Below are positions 1 through 14,683 of a stretch of 64,000 bases of DNA, piece after piece (the first letter of the stretch is position 1; each line of letters opens with the position of its first letter). The translations under genes were made by a program, and so were the position numbers. Source of the stretch: Octopus bimaculoides (lineage: Eukaryota); assembly GCF_001194135.2 (NCBI RefSeq), contig NC_068986.1, positions 11,485,443 through 11,549,442 on the forward strand, in the 5' to 3' direction. The notes below the pieces were generated by a model, which worked only from the letters and a program-made list of their open reading frames with translations, made no database searches and was not told the DNA's origin.

Positions 1-739
1 AGAATTTAATAAAATAACTTAGTTATTATGAAGCTAGTGTTAGGAACATAAATTGTAACTAAGGTTTGGTGGAAGATTTTAATTCAGAACTTTTGAAAAC
101 AAGACATTTGTACTCAGAGCCAGAGACAGTTTCAGCCATGTTGTTATCAAATATATTTAATAAAATGAAAGGATCAAGTGCTCCACTCCTAGTTTTTTTT
201 TTTAGTCACTTTTCCACTGTATTGNNNNNNNNNNTTTTTTTTTTTTTTTTTTTTTTCTTTCTTTCAATATAAGAACTCATTACATTCTCATAAGCGGTCA
301 CCTGCTCTGCTACATTCAGTTACCTTTCACGAAAGCTTTACCAATGAACTTGCCTTCTTTATTTTAATTTTTCATCTTCTAAGCATCTCTAGAGACACCT
401 CATGAGTATAGCTAGATCCATGCATTCGTTCATGTCCACTATTTTCATTATCACTGCCTTTGAAATGGTTGCATAAGAGCTTTTTCTTACAACAACAAAT
501 GCATCTCTCTCATCGTTCTTTATGAATGTAGTACAGATTAGGGGTTTTGGGGTTTACAGCTAATTTACTATGTTTTGTGGTTGTTGTTCTTGTTATGTTA
601 TTCGAGCCCTAATCAAGTAACCCTATGATTAGAGTTGCCCCACGATTACAATATTGAATGTGTTCTTTTGTTGAGAAAATGGTAGAGTGTGATCTGAGGT
701 GATTTATTTTATCTTTCAGATGTTGCCGTTAATGTTGTT

Positions 740-950
740 CTATTATGTAAGAAGGTTTTTGCATTGAGTGCTTGCTGTTCCCATTTTAGGGGAATTGTGT
801 GTTAAGTTTATAGCTTTTAGTATGCTGTCCCTATTTATTCTGGTCTTCCGGGGGTTTTTAATCTTAGCCAGAAATTATTGATGCAAGTCTTGTAGATTTA
901 ATCATCTTTTACCTTCTTTATAGATCATGTTGTGATCGGAATAAATTTTT
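740..950 (-). mobile_element. Possible Penelope GIY-YIG C-terminal fossil
   Basis: The - strand gives STRLASII.. and P*NGNSKHSMQKPSYII, faintly like the PLE endonuclease C-terminal region. Heavily decayed. Confidence 0.2.
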
Positions 951-2034
951 GTCTTTTATTGGAAGGGATCAAGGTGTATAGTAATAATAATGGTAGTAAT
1001 CCTTTCTACTGTAGGCACAAGGCCTGAAACTTGCGGGGAGAGGAGCTAATCAATTACATCGACCTCAGTACTTCACACTGGTACTTTATTTTCATTGACC
1101 TAGAAAGGATGAAAAGCAAAGTTGACCTCAGCAGCATTTGAACTCAAATGATGAAATGCTGCCCAGTATTTTGTCTAGCAGATTAAGGATTCTGCCAGTT
1201 CACTGCTATTTATAATGGTTTCAAATTTCGGCTCAAGGCCAGCAATTTTGTGCGTTGGGGATGGAGGTTAATACTTATTGATCACTTTGATTAGGGCTTC
1301 AATTTATTGACCCTGAAAGGATGAAAAGCAACATTTCAACTTAGAATGTAAAGAGCTCAAAGAAATTCCCTTAAGCAATTTGTTCAATGCTCAAATACTT
1401 CTGCCAGCTTGCCACCTTAATAACGACAACAACAACAATAACAATGATGATAATAANNNNNNNNNNNNNNNNNNNNNNNNNNNNNNNNNNNNNNNNNNNN
1501 NNNNNNNNNNNNNNNNNNNNNNNNNNNNNNNNNNNNNNNNNNNNNNNNNNNNNNNNNNNNNNNNNNNNNNNNNNNNNNNNNNNNNNNNNNNNNNNNNNNN
1601 NNNNNNNNNNNNNNNNNNNNNNNNNNNNNNNNNNNNNNNNNNNNNNNNNNNNNNNNNNNNNNNNNNNNNNNNNNNNNNNNNNNNNNNNNNNNNNNNNNNN
1701 NNNNNNNNNNNNNNNNNNNNNNNNNNNNNNNNNNNNNNNNNNNNNNNNNNNNNNNNNNNNNNNNNNNNNNNNNNNNNNNNNNNNNNNNNNNNNNNNNNNN
1801 NNNNNNNNNNNNNNNNNNNNNNNNNNNNNNNNNNNNNNNNNNNNNNNNNNNNNNNNNNNNNNNNNNNNNNNNNNNNNNNNNNNNNNNNNNNNNNNNNNNN
1901 NNNNNNNNNNNNNNNNNNNNNNNNNNNNNNNNNNNNNNNNNNNNNNNNNNNNNNNNNNNNNNNNNNNNNNNNNNNNNNNNNNNNNNNNNNNNNNNNNNNN
2001 NNNNNNNNNNNNNNNNNNNNNNNNNNNNNNNNNN

Positions 2035-2065
<31 letters not shown>

Positions 2066-2411
2066 TAAGAGGAGCGAAATTATTCAAGTCATTTGTAATA
2101 TTAACTTACTCAAAGGTGTTAAGCTGGCAGAATCTTTAGCATTCTGGGGAAAATGCTTAGTGGCGTTTCGCCCAAATTCCACCAGGGTTGACTTTGCCTT
2201 TCATCCTTTTAGGGTTGATAAAATAAGTACCTGTTGAGTACAGGAGTTGATGTAATTGACTTACCCCATCCATCGAAATTGCTGGCCTTGTGCCAAAAGT
2301 TGAAACCAATAAGGTATCTTATGGAAAAAAAAGTAAAAGGAATGGAAAAATCTAAGTGTTTTTATGGTAAAGCATGGTCCATTCCACTGTTTTGTAATAA
2401 ATGAATTTTAA

Positions 2412-3358
2412 CCCTTTTGATACTAAACCACCTGAGACTGTCCTTGCTTCTATGGTACAAAGATACAAACCTCTTGTTTTCAAAGTGATCTCAATTAAAA
2501 CCTTCCATCAAAATTTCAATTTATATTTGTTTTAAACACCTAAACAAAGTCAGAGTATTTCAACAGAATTAGGGTAACGAAATGGTTGATTACTGTTCTG
2601 TTTACATTCTTGTTATAAGTTTATGGTATTTGTAGCATTGAATGGATGCCACGACTTGTGTTAGTTTTATTTCAGTGGTATCAGGTATGTTTAAAAAAAT
2701 GAAATAATTTTTAATTCTAACACTCATCTAGAAGGTTTTGTATTCAAATTGATAAAATGTCAACATGTCCCAAAGTAATAGGACAGGCTTCACTCATTTT
2801 TCTGCAGGTGGAAAATCTTGGATTTACACGGATTATATTAGTCTTTATAGGAACCTCTTTTGATTTGTTGTAAAGTTTTTAAGAGTTTAAAGGATAAAAA
2901 TATTCATTATATTGTATTCTGGTCTTGTCCTCCATCCCACTTCAGGTAATTAAAGAGAAGATACTTGACCTGTTTATTACTATATTTCCATTGAAATACA
3001 CTGTCATTGTTTTAATTAATTTAGTAAAATAATTTTGTCATTATTAAACTAGTATTTAGAGCATAAATTAACATGAAAATTTGGTGGAAGGTTTTAATTT
3101 AGATTACATTAAAACAGGGAGTTTCTATTGTAAAACTAGGGATGGTTACAGATGGGTTGGCATCAAAAGAGTTAACTCTTTTGTTACCATGCTTCTGCTG
3201 AAATACATTGTCTTTGTTTCAATTAGTTCTGAAAATAATAAAAGATTTAATATTGTCATTATTAAATTGGTATTTGGAACATAAACAAACACGTAATTTT
3301 GATGGAAGTTTGTATCTTAGAACCTGGGGTGGTTTCAGGTGAGTCGATATCAAAAGGG
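2412..3358. mobile_element. Cluster of three piggyBac-like MITEs (family A): 2412-2585 (-), ~2990-3171 (+), 3176-3358 (+)
   Basis: Ends CCCTTT(T/C)G.TAC / GTATCAAAAGGG flanked by TTAA at 2408-2411, 3172-3175 and 3359-3362. Other copies at 1-140, 39209-39412 (-) and 47239-47454 (+). Confidence 0.75.
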
Positions 3359-4585
3359 TTAAAATTCATTTTAACGCACATCTTAGAAGAGTATTGCTCA
3401 TAAATTGTTTTAATAAGCAAACATTTCTTCTGATTTTTTTTTAAAGTTATCCTATAACTTTATATTTAGTCAACGATTTTCTATCAGCATCAAACCTCTG
3501 AAAAAGATACAAATGCATTGTTATTAGTTTGTGCCACATTGGTTCAAAATGAATGCTATTTTTCACATTTCTTATTGTATTTAGATGGAAGTTTATAAAA
3601 TACGAATGGGTAATTGGAAGATTTTTTTTTTTTGAAAAGTAAAATAGATTATCATACTTTTACATGAAAGATTGTAATATTTTAACATGTTGATATTTAA
3701 ATGACCTGGTTTTTCAAAGCAATTAATCCTCGTGAACTTGATAAATATACAAAAAAGGGAGAATAGTTTTTATACCCGTTAGTCTTTATGTTCCGAGTTC
3801 AAATTCACTGAGGTCAGTATTGCCTTTCATCCTTTTGGGGTCAATAAGATAAGCAACAGTTTAAACACAGGGGTCAATGNNNNNNNNNNNNNNNNNNNNN
3901 NNNNNNNNNNNNNNNNNNNNNNNNNNNNNNNNNNNNNNNNNNNNNNNNNNNNNNNNNNNNNNNNNNNNNNNNNNNNNNNNNNNNNNNNNNNNNNNNNNNN
4001 NNNNNNNNNNNNNNNNNNNNNNNNNNNNNNNNNNNNNNNNNNNNNNNNNNNNNNNNNNNNNNNNNNNNNNNNNNNNNNNNNNNNNNNNNNNNNNNNNNNN
4101 NNNNNNNNNNNNNNNNNNNNNNNNNNNNNNNNNNNNNNNNNNNNNNNNNNNNNNNNNNNNNNNNNNNNNNNNNNNNNNNNNNNNNNNNNNNNNNNNNNNN
4201 NNNNNNNNNNNNNNNNNNNNNNNNNNNNNNNNNNNNNNNNNNNNNNNNNNNNNNNNNNNNNNNNNNNNNNNNNNNNNNNNNNNNNNNNNNNNNNNNNNNN
4301 NNNNNNNNNNNNNNNNNNNNNNNNNNNNNNNNNNNNNNNNNNNNNNNNNNNNNNNNNNNNNNNNNNNNNNNNNNNNNNNNNNNNNNNNNNNNNNNNNNNN
4401 NNNNNNNNNNNNNNNNNNNNNNNNNNNNNNNNNNNNNNNNNNNNNNNNNNNNNNNNNNNNNNNNNNNNNNNNNNNNNNNNNNNNNNNNNNNNNNNNNNNN
4501 NNNNNNNNNNNNNNNNNNNNNNNNNNNNNATATATATATATATAAATATAAAATTAACATTTCCCTTTCTGATTTAGCCACATTT

Positions 4586-4755
4586 TACATTATTTACATT
4601 TGACGGATATTTGTCCTCATCTTGTTTGTTGTTAACACAACGTTTTGGCTGATATACCCTCCAGCCTTCATCAGGTGTCTTGGAAGAAATTTCAAACCTG
4701 GGTTCTCATTCTTAAGGTATTTTTCGATGTTGTTATTATTATTCAGGAATCGAAC
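4586..4755 (-). mobile_element. 5'-truncated copy of the tRNA/(AAT)n/hammerhead element
   Basis: The reverse complement matches the 20636-20861 element. B-box remnant at 4746-4755. Hammerhead at 4634-4679 with stem I GACAC/GTGTT and a G12A change (4646). Confidence 0.8.
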
Positions 4756-5602
4756 ACTGAATAATAATAATAATAGCCACTTTTTGCTTAAGTTTTCCTT
4801 CAATATAATGAGCACTGATTATCATCAAAGCCATGGCTATAGTTCAACCAACAGCCATCATTGTTTCAAATTATATGTCCATATTAGTTTAGTTCTATCT
4901 CTCACGTTCTCTTTCTCTCTCTTTCTCATACATAACCACTTCAACTTTCTTGTGTGCTAACATCACAATGGAACAGATCGTATTCGACATGTCTGTCTCC
5001 AACCTATGCACATCCTCTTCTTCACTCACTCCCATAGCCTGCTCACTTTTCACACACCAGGAGGAACTGCATCTCTCTAATTTTCAAAAGAACTTAAAAG
5101 TTTCTTGTTTTTTGAAATTGTGATGTTACTTATTTCAATTATTGTATGATTATTGAGGAAAATCAAATCCATGACTTCCTCCCATATTATCCTATCACTT
5201 TAGCCAGAAAAAAACATATCAGTTTTATTTGCTTTGATAACTAAAACATTTACATTTTTTTTTCTCTTGGTGTATGTTTGAATAAAAGGCAAGGCAGGAA
5301 AGCTCTCACATTGTTTAAATGCTACAATGTGCAATGAGTGGGGAGTAAAAACATTAACTACATGAAGACACTATTTTCACCTGCCTAACTTCACTAGCTA
5401 ATATGCATTGAAATACCTAGAGTGGAGTGCATTCTACTGCATCCTGTATGAGCTGTGCAATATAAATATAGCAGTTATGGATATAACTCTCAGCAAGAGT
5501 CCGTATGACCCCTGGAGGTCCATGCTCGCAGAATAGGGTCTGTGAAAAGTTTTGATTGAAATGTATGTATTGCAAGAAACAGCCAGGTTTCTTTCTCTAA
5601 CG

Positions 5603-6162
5603 CAGTGGTTCGCAACCCCTTTATTTTAATGAGTTTTCCTGCAGACCCCTTTTAATATGCTTATCCTTATGTATTTATATATATCTATACCGTAGAACCT
5701 TGGCTTTCGAACAACTCTGATCTCAAATAAATCATGCTTTATCTCCTGTCTTTCTCATATTCATTTAATACAGCAAAACCTCGGTTTATGAACACCTCTG
5801 ATCACGAATAAGTCATGCTTTATATATATATATATATATATATATATNNNNNNNNNNNNNNNNNNNNNNNNNNNNNNNNNNNNNNNNNNNNNNNNNNNNN
5901 NNNNNNNNNNNNNNNNNNNNNNNNNNNNNNNNNNNNNNNNNNNNNNNTCCGCTGACTTCGGTTTGGGAGCCACTGCTCTAACATTTTATGTAGTTCAGCT
6001 TATATAAATGAATGACTGAATAACAAAATTGGAATTTCCAAAGAAATAACTATAAAATAAAATTTTAAACATTCAATGGCTGGTGAGGGTGGCTATGTCC
6101 ACTAGATTATAACAGTAAACAAAGGGGTTCATAGATAAAACAAAAAGGGTCGACAACCACTG
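5603..6162. mobile_element. hAT-type (Charlie-like) MITE
   Basis: TIRs CAGTGGTTCGCAACCC / GGGTCGACAACCACTG. The 8-bp flanks ctctaacg / ctgtaacc (6/8, central TA) fit a decayed TSD. Contains an N gap. Confidence 0.7.
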
Positions 6163-9100
6163 CTGTAACCAATAATCTGTTATCAGATGTAAATTAAAAG
6201 TTCCTTACTTATGACCAAAGAGGTTCAAAGAGGGAAATATTTTTGAACTTTTTTTAAATGCAAATTTAATTTCAGGGAGTCAAAAGAAATTATCTTTCCG
6301 AAGGGAAAATAATAATGATAAAGGAAACTCTTTGAAAATCCCTAAAATCATCAATACTGAAGAGATCTTAAATATTTCTGAATACTAGAATTGTGTTGAA
6401 TTAAAATGCAGAAGCCAGTGAAGTTTGTGATATATATATAGGATGCTCTATTAAATTATTGATCATGTCTTTTCTCTCTCTCTCTCTCTCTCTCTGTCTG
6501 TCATAAACGTAAAACACAAGGCTGCTGCCAAGCTAAAATATACTATTTCAGCTTGTAGTTGAATCATTGGCCTGAGATTTGTCAATAGTTTTACTTCTCA
6601 CATAACTTATCTACTCTGCTTGTTTTTAAGAGTAGACTTATGAAAAAACAATGAATAAATTTCAACTACAAGCAGAGAGTGGGTTACCAATGAATACCGT
6701 TCTCCTGTCTGTCTTGAAGTCAGATTTGTATGGATGTTGGAATAGTTACATACTGTTTGCATTTAACTTCAGAGTCAGGTGTTTCTTTTAATTTACCCAA
6801 CCTATCTTTAATAATAATAATAATAATAATAATAGACTTTGTAAATTAACAATCTGGTGGGTTTATTTTAATGACCTACCAATGTATACAGTACGTTTCT
6901 CTGTCCTAGGTGTCAAGAAGACACTCAGCAAGAAATGGAAACAGAACTGAAAGAAGATGCTAGTGAAAAGATTAATAATGGTTTCAAATTTTGGCACATA
7001 CCCGGCAGTTTCAAGGGAGGGGGTAAATTGATCACATCGACTCCAGTGCTCAACTGGTACTTTATTGACCCCCAAAAGGATGAGAGGCAAAGTTGACCTC
7101 AGTGGAATTTAAACTCAGAACATAAAGACAGATGAAATGCCACTAAGCATGCTAATGTCTCCCATTGTGCCTCTAATCTCATCAAGTGGCACAAAGCCAT
7201 CCCCCCTCACTGTTACTCCCTCTTCCCAGCTGAAGGGGTTCTTAATTTCCTAAGTACCTGGTGACCCTCTCAGTGCTGGTGCCACATAAAAAGCACCCAA
7301 TACACTCTGTAAAGTGGTTGGCATTTGGAAGGGCAAGCAACTGTAGAAATTATGCTAAAACAAGCAATAAAGCTTGGTGTAGCTCCCATCCTTACCAAGT
7401 GTAGCTGTGTGATAAGAAGCTTACTTCCCAACTACATGGCTCCAAGTTCAGTCCCACTGCGTGGCACCTTGAGCAAGTGCCTTCTGCCAACCAAAGCCTT
7501 GTGATTGAATTTGGGAGGCAGACATTCTTGTCTTGTGTATATGTGTGTGTGGGAGAGTGTTTGTACTTCCTTTAAATATTCACATATTAAAATTTCATGT
7601 TTTGTGTAATAATATTTCAAGCCAAGATTTAAATTTTAACACTTTACTAGAAGTTACTTCATACAGATTGATGCTGAATGAGTGAGTTAAGCCAAAAATC
7701 ACAAACAACACGTAGCAGTGTTTACATGATGCAACAAAAGAAAAAAAAAATGATGTGTGATACTTCTTTGAGCCAGTCCACCTGTTCATTGTTAACCGGC
7801 TTTCTATGGAACTTGAATTTTTAATATAATTGGCTTGATAGGAGCCAAGTCATAACTTTAGCTGTTTGCAAGCTAGTCATTCATAACTCATAGATTGTCT
7901 TGACTTAACATTTGTGATAAACTCTGAAAAATGATGTGAGGATGTTGTGGAATATGTTTCTCTCTCAAAAATATAGAAAATTCACCAAAAAAGTAAATAA
8001 GTGACTATTTTCAAAGCTTGTGACATTTTATTTATTTATTTACCTTTTTGACACAAAACATTGTTTAATATTTCACTATTTACAATTTAAAGCTTTGTTG
8101 TAACAAACAGTATATTTATTTTAATTGTTATATTATTTTATATTTCCTTTTAGTGAATAATAGTATCATTTGGTACTTTTTCCAATTTGTCAATCACTGT
8201 TTCTTACTGCTTTTAGAATGGGGAAAATGACACTTTTCATTATTTATCCTTTCCTATACTTCTGTCCAGTTATTTCAGATATAATCTTATCAGTATTTCT
8301 GAAAATTTCCATAATTATTGATTGACAGAAACTGGTGGAAGCCCACTTTGTGTGTGTCCGTCCATGACCCTGTATCATCTCTAGTCATTTGTGTAATTAT
8401 CCTGACTTATCTCTAGTTGTCTTGATTTCGTCCTGCCACTAGAATCAGATTGGAATGGACAAGATAGTGACAATGATGTTGTGCCTCATTTTCACTTTAA
8501 GCACATGTCATGTGCAAGTCAAGACATTATACCATCCCAGACCTGCCTTCAAGTCCTGTGGTAATAGACGAATGACAAAGTAGCAGGTGTGTGTGTGAGT
8601 GTGAGAAGGAGAGGGAGGGAGAGAGGGAGGGAGAGAGAGAGTGTGTGTGTGTGTGTGCGTGTGCCTTGTGTTGACATGGTGTGAGAGCTGTAAATGAGTG
8701 TCACTGTCATAGAAGCAGTGTCATTCATTTCCAATATTGTACAAAACCATGCCTGACCATGGGGGAAATATTACAATATCACCTGGCTTAGAAACAGGTG
8801 AGGGTTGGCAACAGGAAGCTCAACCGACTGTAGAAAACCTCCTTCAATAAACTTCATCTGACCCATGCAAGTATGGAAAAGTGGACATTAAAACAATGGT
8901 GATGATAGAATTATGGAAGCATTAGAATAGTTTCCTGTTTTCTTCTTCATATCCATTGGAAGAGTTTACAGGCTCTTCGCTACTAGCAGGTCCCTGATGT
9001 CTATTTACAACCATTGATTGTCATTACAATACCGCTTAGGCTGTCTTTGACCTCACAAGTAACCTTGTCAACCAGGATAACTAGCGTTAGAAAGCATGGA

Positions 9101-10172
9101 GATATTATATACAATATGAAATTAAATAACTGATCGTAAAAAAAATCCGAATTTAGAAAAAATATCTTTTTGTAAATTAAATTATTTTATTTGTCATTTT
9201 TTTTTTTCTTTTTAATATTTATTTTAACTTTGTCCAGGCATATTAAACATGTGCTGTCATGCAATCCACATTAGAAAAATGTGTTAACCAATCATAAGTA
9301 TATTTTTTTTTACTAATCAGGTTTAAATGACTTAAATATCATACTGGTTTTTAATAGAAATATCAAACATGTTTTCATTCGCTGCATCTCACTCTGACCT
9401 AGGTAAATATTATCAGATGGCATATTTCCTACACCTATTCATACTTTGTTCAAAATCTCGCATTCAAATATCATTTGCTAAATTAGAATAATACAGATCA
9501 CCATCCTCATCATCATATTAATGTCCACTTTTCCATGTCTGCATGGGCCAGATAGAATTTGCTGAGGTGGAATTTCTATGGTCAGGTGTTGTCCTCCCTG
9601 TTGCTAGCCCTCATCTGTTTCCAAGCAAGGCAATATTTCCCCATGATCAGATATGCCTTTTTTTTTTTTTTTTTGCAGAATATTGGAAATGAATGTCACT
9701 GCTTATATGTCAGTGACACTCCAACTATCACCTGATGTCAAAGCAAGGAGATACAAACATACATATACCTACACACATACACATTTATGTGTATGCGTGT
9801 GTGTGTATGTGTGTGAGAGAGAGAGAGAGTGAGTGAGTATGTACTAGGGCATACTCTTAAGATACAAGGTGGTGAATATAAATGAAATGGTAAAGGATTG
9901 TCCGGGATCTGAGAGTAGGGATTTCACAAAGTGATGAACGAAAAAGGGGAGGGAAAGGGGGAATGCAGTTTAAGGGCAAGGAACAGGTCTGCAATGGTGC
10001 ACGGCTTCTAGAACTCGGTTTCACTGAGACAGGATGGATCTTCTCATGAACATCATGTCACCAGATATTTCAGTCCTTTGACAATACCTCTGTGGGACCC
10101 AACATCTTGAGATCAGCTATCACTACTTCATCCTTTATCTTCCTGGGTTTCCCTTTTACACAGGTGCCATCT

Positions 10173-10213
<41 letters not shown>

Positions 10214-10514
10214 GATATTACAGCAGTGTGTAAGTAAATCACTTGTTTGACCCTCTTGAAAATTTTCAGTGTGTTTGCCTCAATTACTTAGTACGTCATA
10301 AAAATCGAAGTATGAGGTTTGTGTGTGTTATAAGCAAATATTGTGTCTATTTGTGTGTAATCCGCAATTTTTCATGAAAAGCATGACTATGTGACTTAAA
10401 TGGTGTTTACAGCTGGTGCACTTTTATAGTTTACACCAATAAAGTTCAAAGGTCACATTCAAATTTATATTTTATCACATCGAGGATACATTTCTTCACT
10501 GTTCCATATAATAT

Positions 10515-10548
<34 letters not shown>

Positions 10549-11334
10549 AAATCTTATCGTGCAGTTTCTTTTGCATTTTTTTTTTAATGATAAAAATATA
10601 TTCATACCAAATATGTAAGAAAGAAATATAATTATTTTAGGCAATTAACCTTTTGCATACACATAATTTCTTTTGCTGGTTGCAAAATGTGCATGCATAT
10701 GCAAATGTGCACAGCTCAGAGGCGCTACTTGTATGAGGGATAGTTTTTCTTCATGATTTCACTGCCCATAATTACAGTTGCACATTTATAATGCAGATTG
10801 CAGATATATGTCATAGTTTTCCTGTTTACTGTTCTATGTATTAAAGTGTCATTCTATAAAAGTATTGTTAGAATCTAGCAATCAAAATATCATTTCTGTT
10901 ACCTTTTAGAGCAAAACTTAGCTTTTCACACCAAATTCCATTTCGTTATTCAGTAGTTTTCTGCTACTAAATACTCTAACAAACCTCATTACTTTCGCTC
11001 ACTAAGAAACTGCCACCATCTTTTTTTTTTTTTTATGTTTTTTTAATTATCCTTAATTTTCCATTTGGTTCACTTGAACAGACTAGGTTTCGCTGTGTAG
11101 GTTTTGTATTATACATTTTCTGAAGAAATCAGTGATTATACTAATTTGTGACTTCTTTTCAACAGGCGTGACCCAGGCACAGGGGTGTCTATGTGTTAAG
11201 AAGCTTGCTTCCCAACCACATGGCTCTGGGTTCAGCCCCACTGTGTGGCACCTTGGGCAAGTGTCTTCTATAGCCTCGGGCCGACCAAAGCCTTGGGAGT
11301 GTATTTGGTAGACAGAAACTGAAAGAAGCCCAGC

Positions 11335-11366
<32 letters not shown>

Positions 11367-12305
11367 GTTTGTGTGTCTGTGTTTGTCTTTCTACTATCGC
11401 TTGATAACCAATGTTGGTGTTTTTACATCCACGTAACTTAGAGGTTCAGCAAAAGAGGCCGATAGAATAAGTCCTAGGGGTTGGTTCGTTTGACTAAAGG
11501 TGGTGCTCCAGCATGGCCACAGTCAAATGACTGAACCAAGTAGAGGAATAAAAGAATACAATAAATACTATCCTTCCGTATGAACCATGTACCTCTGAAG
11601 GTGTGTCTGACTGCAAGGAGAATTTTTTTTATTTCTTAATGCTAGTTAGTAGTAACAGCTTGTCAAACTGTTTTGACCTATAAAAAGCACATCTATGCTG
11701 CTGCACTGCTCTTTACACGATAAGGAAGCTTCTACAAGGTAGCTCAACCTGCTAGAAATAGCAGCCAGTTCTCCTTCAACTCTTGCACTTCCTTCTTAAA
11801 TAAGAGTAGGACACATAAGGTCAGACACTATTATTAGTTTATTGGAGTCAAAACTGATACAGTTTCACCAATTCAAATAACAATATCAAGCTGTAAAAGA
11901 ATGCATTAAGCCTTCCCATTTCACAGGTATTAATTTGAGACTGAAAAGAGTTTGTTTGTGACAAAGGAGCAGCAATTGTGTTTCTCAGAACAGGATGTTA
12001 GTAAATTTTAGATTTAACTGCTATTCTATAAAAACATTTCTTTAATAAATTTTATGGGAACGAAACTTTTCAATCTTTTAAAATATACTTCTTTTGTTTT
12101 TAAAAACTTTATCTAATATAAATATATTTTAGGTTACATTCTCTTAAAATTTATGTCCAGTGTTTTAATTTTGAAAAGGAACAGTTAGGTATCTGATGGA
12201 ATTTATTTCTCTGAAAATGGTCACATGTTCAGTTTCTTTAGTCTCTTTCACTGAACTGCTAAGTTATGGAGATGTAAACACACCAACACTGGTTGTCAAG
12301 AAGAA

Positions 12306-12355
<50 letters not shown>

Positions 12356-12813
12356 TATTTATACGATGAACTTCTTTCAAATTCCGCCTACCAAATCCAT
12401 TCACGAGGCTTTGGTTAACGGTGGGCTGTAGTGGAAGACACTTGCCCATGGTACCAAACAAAGGGACTGAACCTGGAACCATGTGGTCAAGAAGCAAACT
12501 TCTTATCACACAGCCAATGTGTGCCTATATGTATGTTGAGTGATTTTAATCAATGTAATAAGTATATATTATTAGTCTAATTACAAATATTTCTCTGAAA
12601 ATGGTCAAGAGTAAGTTGTGGTTTTATAAACTGAGGTGCTGAAGTACTTGTATAGTGAACCCACAGCCCTGGGTCGAATACTTTCGATCATGGGTCTACT
12701 TGCCCACTGTTGACATTCTCTCTCTCTCTCTCACTCATTCACTTTCTCTCTATCTCTCACTCATTCACNNNNNNNNNNACTCATTCACTCTCTCTCTCTC
12801 TCTCTCTCACTCA

Positions 12814-12863
<50 letters not shown>

Positions 12864-14683
12864 AGTTGATTATTCCTTAGATCCTTCCCACATTTTTGTT
12901 GGATGTGAGTGTAGCAATCCTATATATCAGAGAGAATATTTGTTTCGTTATTTAGTTTTGAAGTGCGGCATTTTTGTAAGAAGGAATAAATGAAAAATTG
13001 TGCCATTCATATTTTTGCTGAAGATATTATTGATACGCAGTGAAGTGTGTTGGCGACAAGCTAGAATTGAAACTGCTACAGACTTGGGTGACTTATACCA
13101 TTGCTTGACACTAATATTACTTGGAATAAGTGTTTATTTATTATTTACGTGGTCTCAAAACACTTTTACCTCTTAAATCCTTTCCTGTGTTGGACTTTTT
13201 GAATACCATAATAGTTTGTTACTTAGTTCTGTCAGTATGGTTGCCATGGAAGTCAATATAAATTCATCAGGTCTTTGTATCAGATGTATTGTCTCTGATT
13301 GGAGCAATTAAGACCAATGAAAAGCATCAGAAATGCTTCATAAAATCTTCTGTCCTGTTCAGTTTATGTTGTTACATTCTAACTGGTATGAGTAGCTCAG
13401 CGAATAAAACCCTTTGTGGTATTTATTCTGCCTGAGTTGCTCAGACGCTCCCCTGTATTTTCACCATTTAACATGTGATAATTCATCCGGGAATATGCAA
13501 ACAAGGACAAACGCATGGTATAAATTGATAAAAAAATAATAAATTTATTTCCCTGGAGAGTTTAGCAAATTGAACTTAACAACCCATCCCCAACAGACTT
13601 ATTACTGCCAGCAAAGGCCATCATCAGTGTCTTTGAATTCCAGGTGTTACATCAGTTAATTCTTACCTGGCTGATGGACAAGTTCAATCTTTTTTTCATC
13701 AATAATTTTCAGCTGGTTTTTCTTGTTATTTAATATTGTACTCATAACCTGAGGCCTGCAAATGCCAATAATTTCATGAATTATTGGAGATGGGTTTTTA
13801 TATATATATATATATATATATATNNNNNNNNNNNNNNNNNNNNNNNNNNNNNNNNNNNNNNNNNNNNNNNNNNNNNNNNNNNNNNNNNNNNNNNNATTTA
13901 TCTTTTCCATTCATCATGTCTTTTCTGCTTGCTACACCCACCCTACCATTTGTCTTGGCTACATTCAGCTCATTGTTTGCCCTGCCATGCTTTAAAAATT
14001 TGCCATACCACACCCACATCCGAGAGTATTTTGTTGCACAACCAGAAAAATATCAAAGTTTTTTTCTTCTTTTTTTTTTACTCTTGCAGTTACAAATTAG
14101 AAATTGTATAATTTAGTGTTCAAATTAGCACCATGAGTCCCATGTAGGGACAGTGTGTGAAAAGACTTAAGTTGATACTTTGTAGTACTGTGACTTTGTA
14201 TTCAAATCATTTCTTCAAAATAATGTTTGTATTGTACAATGTTTTAACTGCTAATGTATTTATTCATTTACTCATCTTACTATGATGTATATATATGGAT
14301 ATATATCTACAAAGTAACAACTGCTAATTCTGAAATATATGAATACTTTTATCATGCTTTCTTTTTGTTTCACTTCCTGGTTGTAGTAATTTCGCTTCAC
14401 CTACATTACTCATGCTGTTGACAAATGTTGAAACCTCACATCTTCTTTTTTCCTAATTTCTAAAAGTTGTCTTCTTCATTCTTGGATGTCCATTTAAGAT
14501 TTCGTTGTTAAAATTTATGTGCAAGAAATTGGTTCTATACTTCTACAATGCACAAAATATTTTGACAATTCCATTTTTTTTTTCTCCCCTCCCCCCATCT
14601 CAATATTTAATCATAAAGGTATATTGAAATTTTTTTTAAACATTGAGTGGCTCTGGAGATCCAGTAGAATCGTTGTCATCGAG

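Noticed and set aside
1371-4581. Long ORFs made of X residues (also at 21786-22425 and 60467-60907)
   Set aside because: They are artefacts of translating N gaps.
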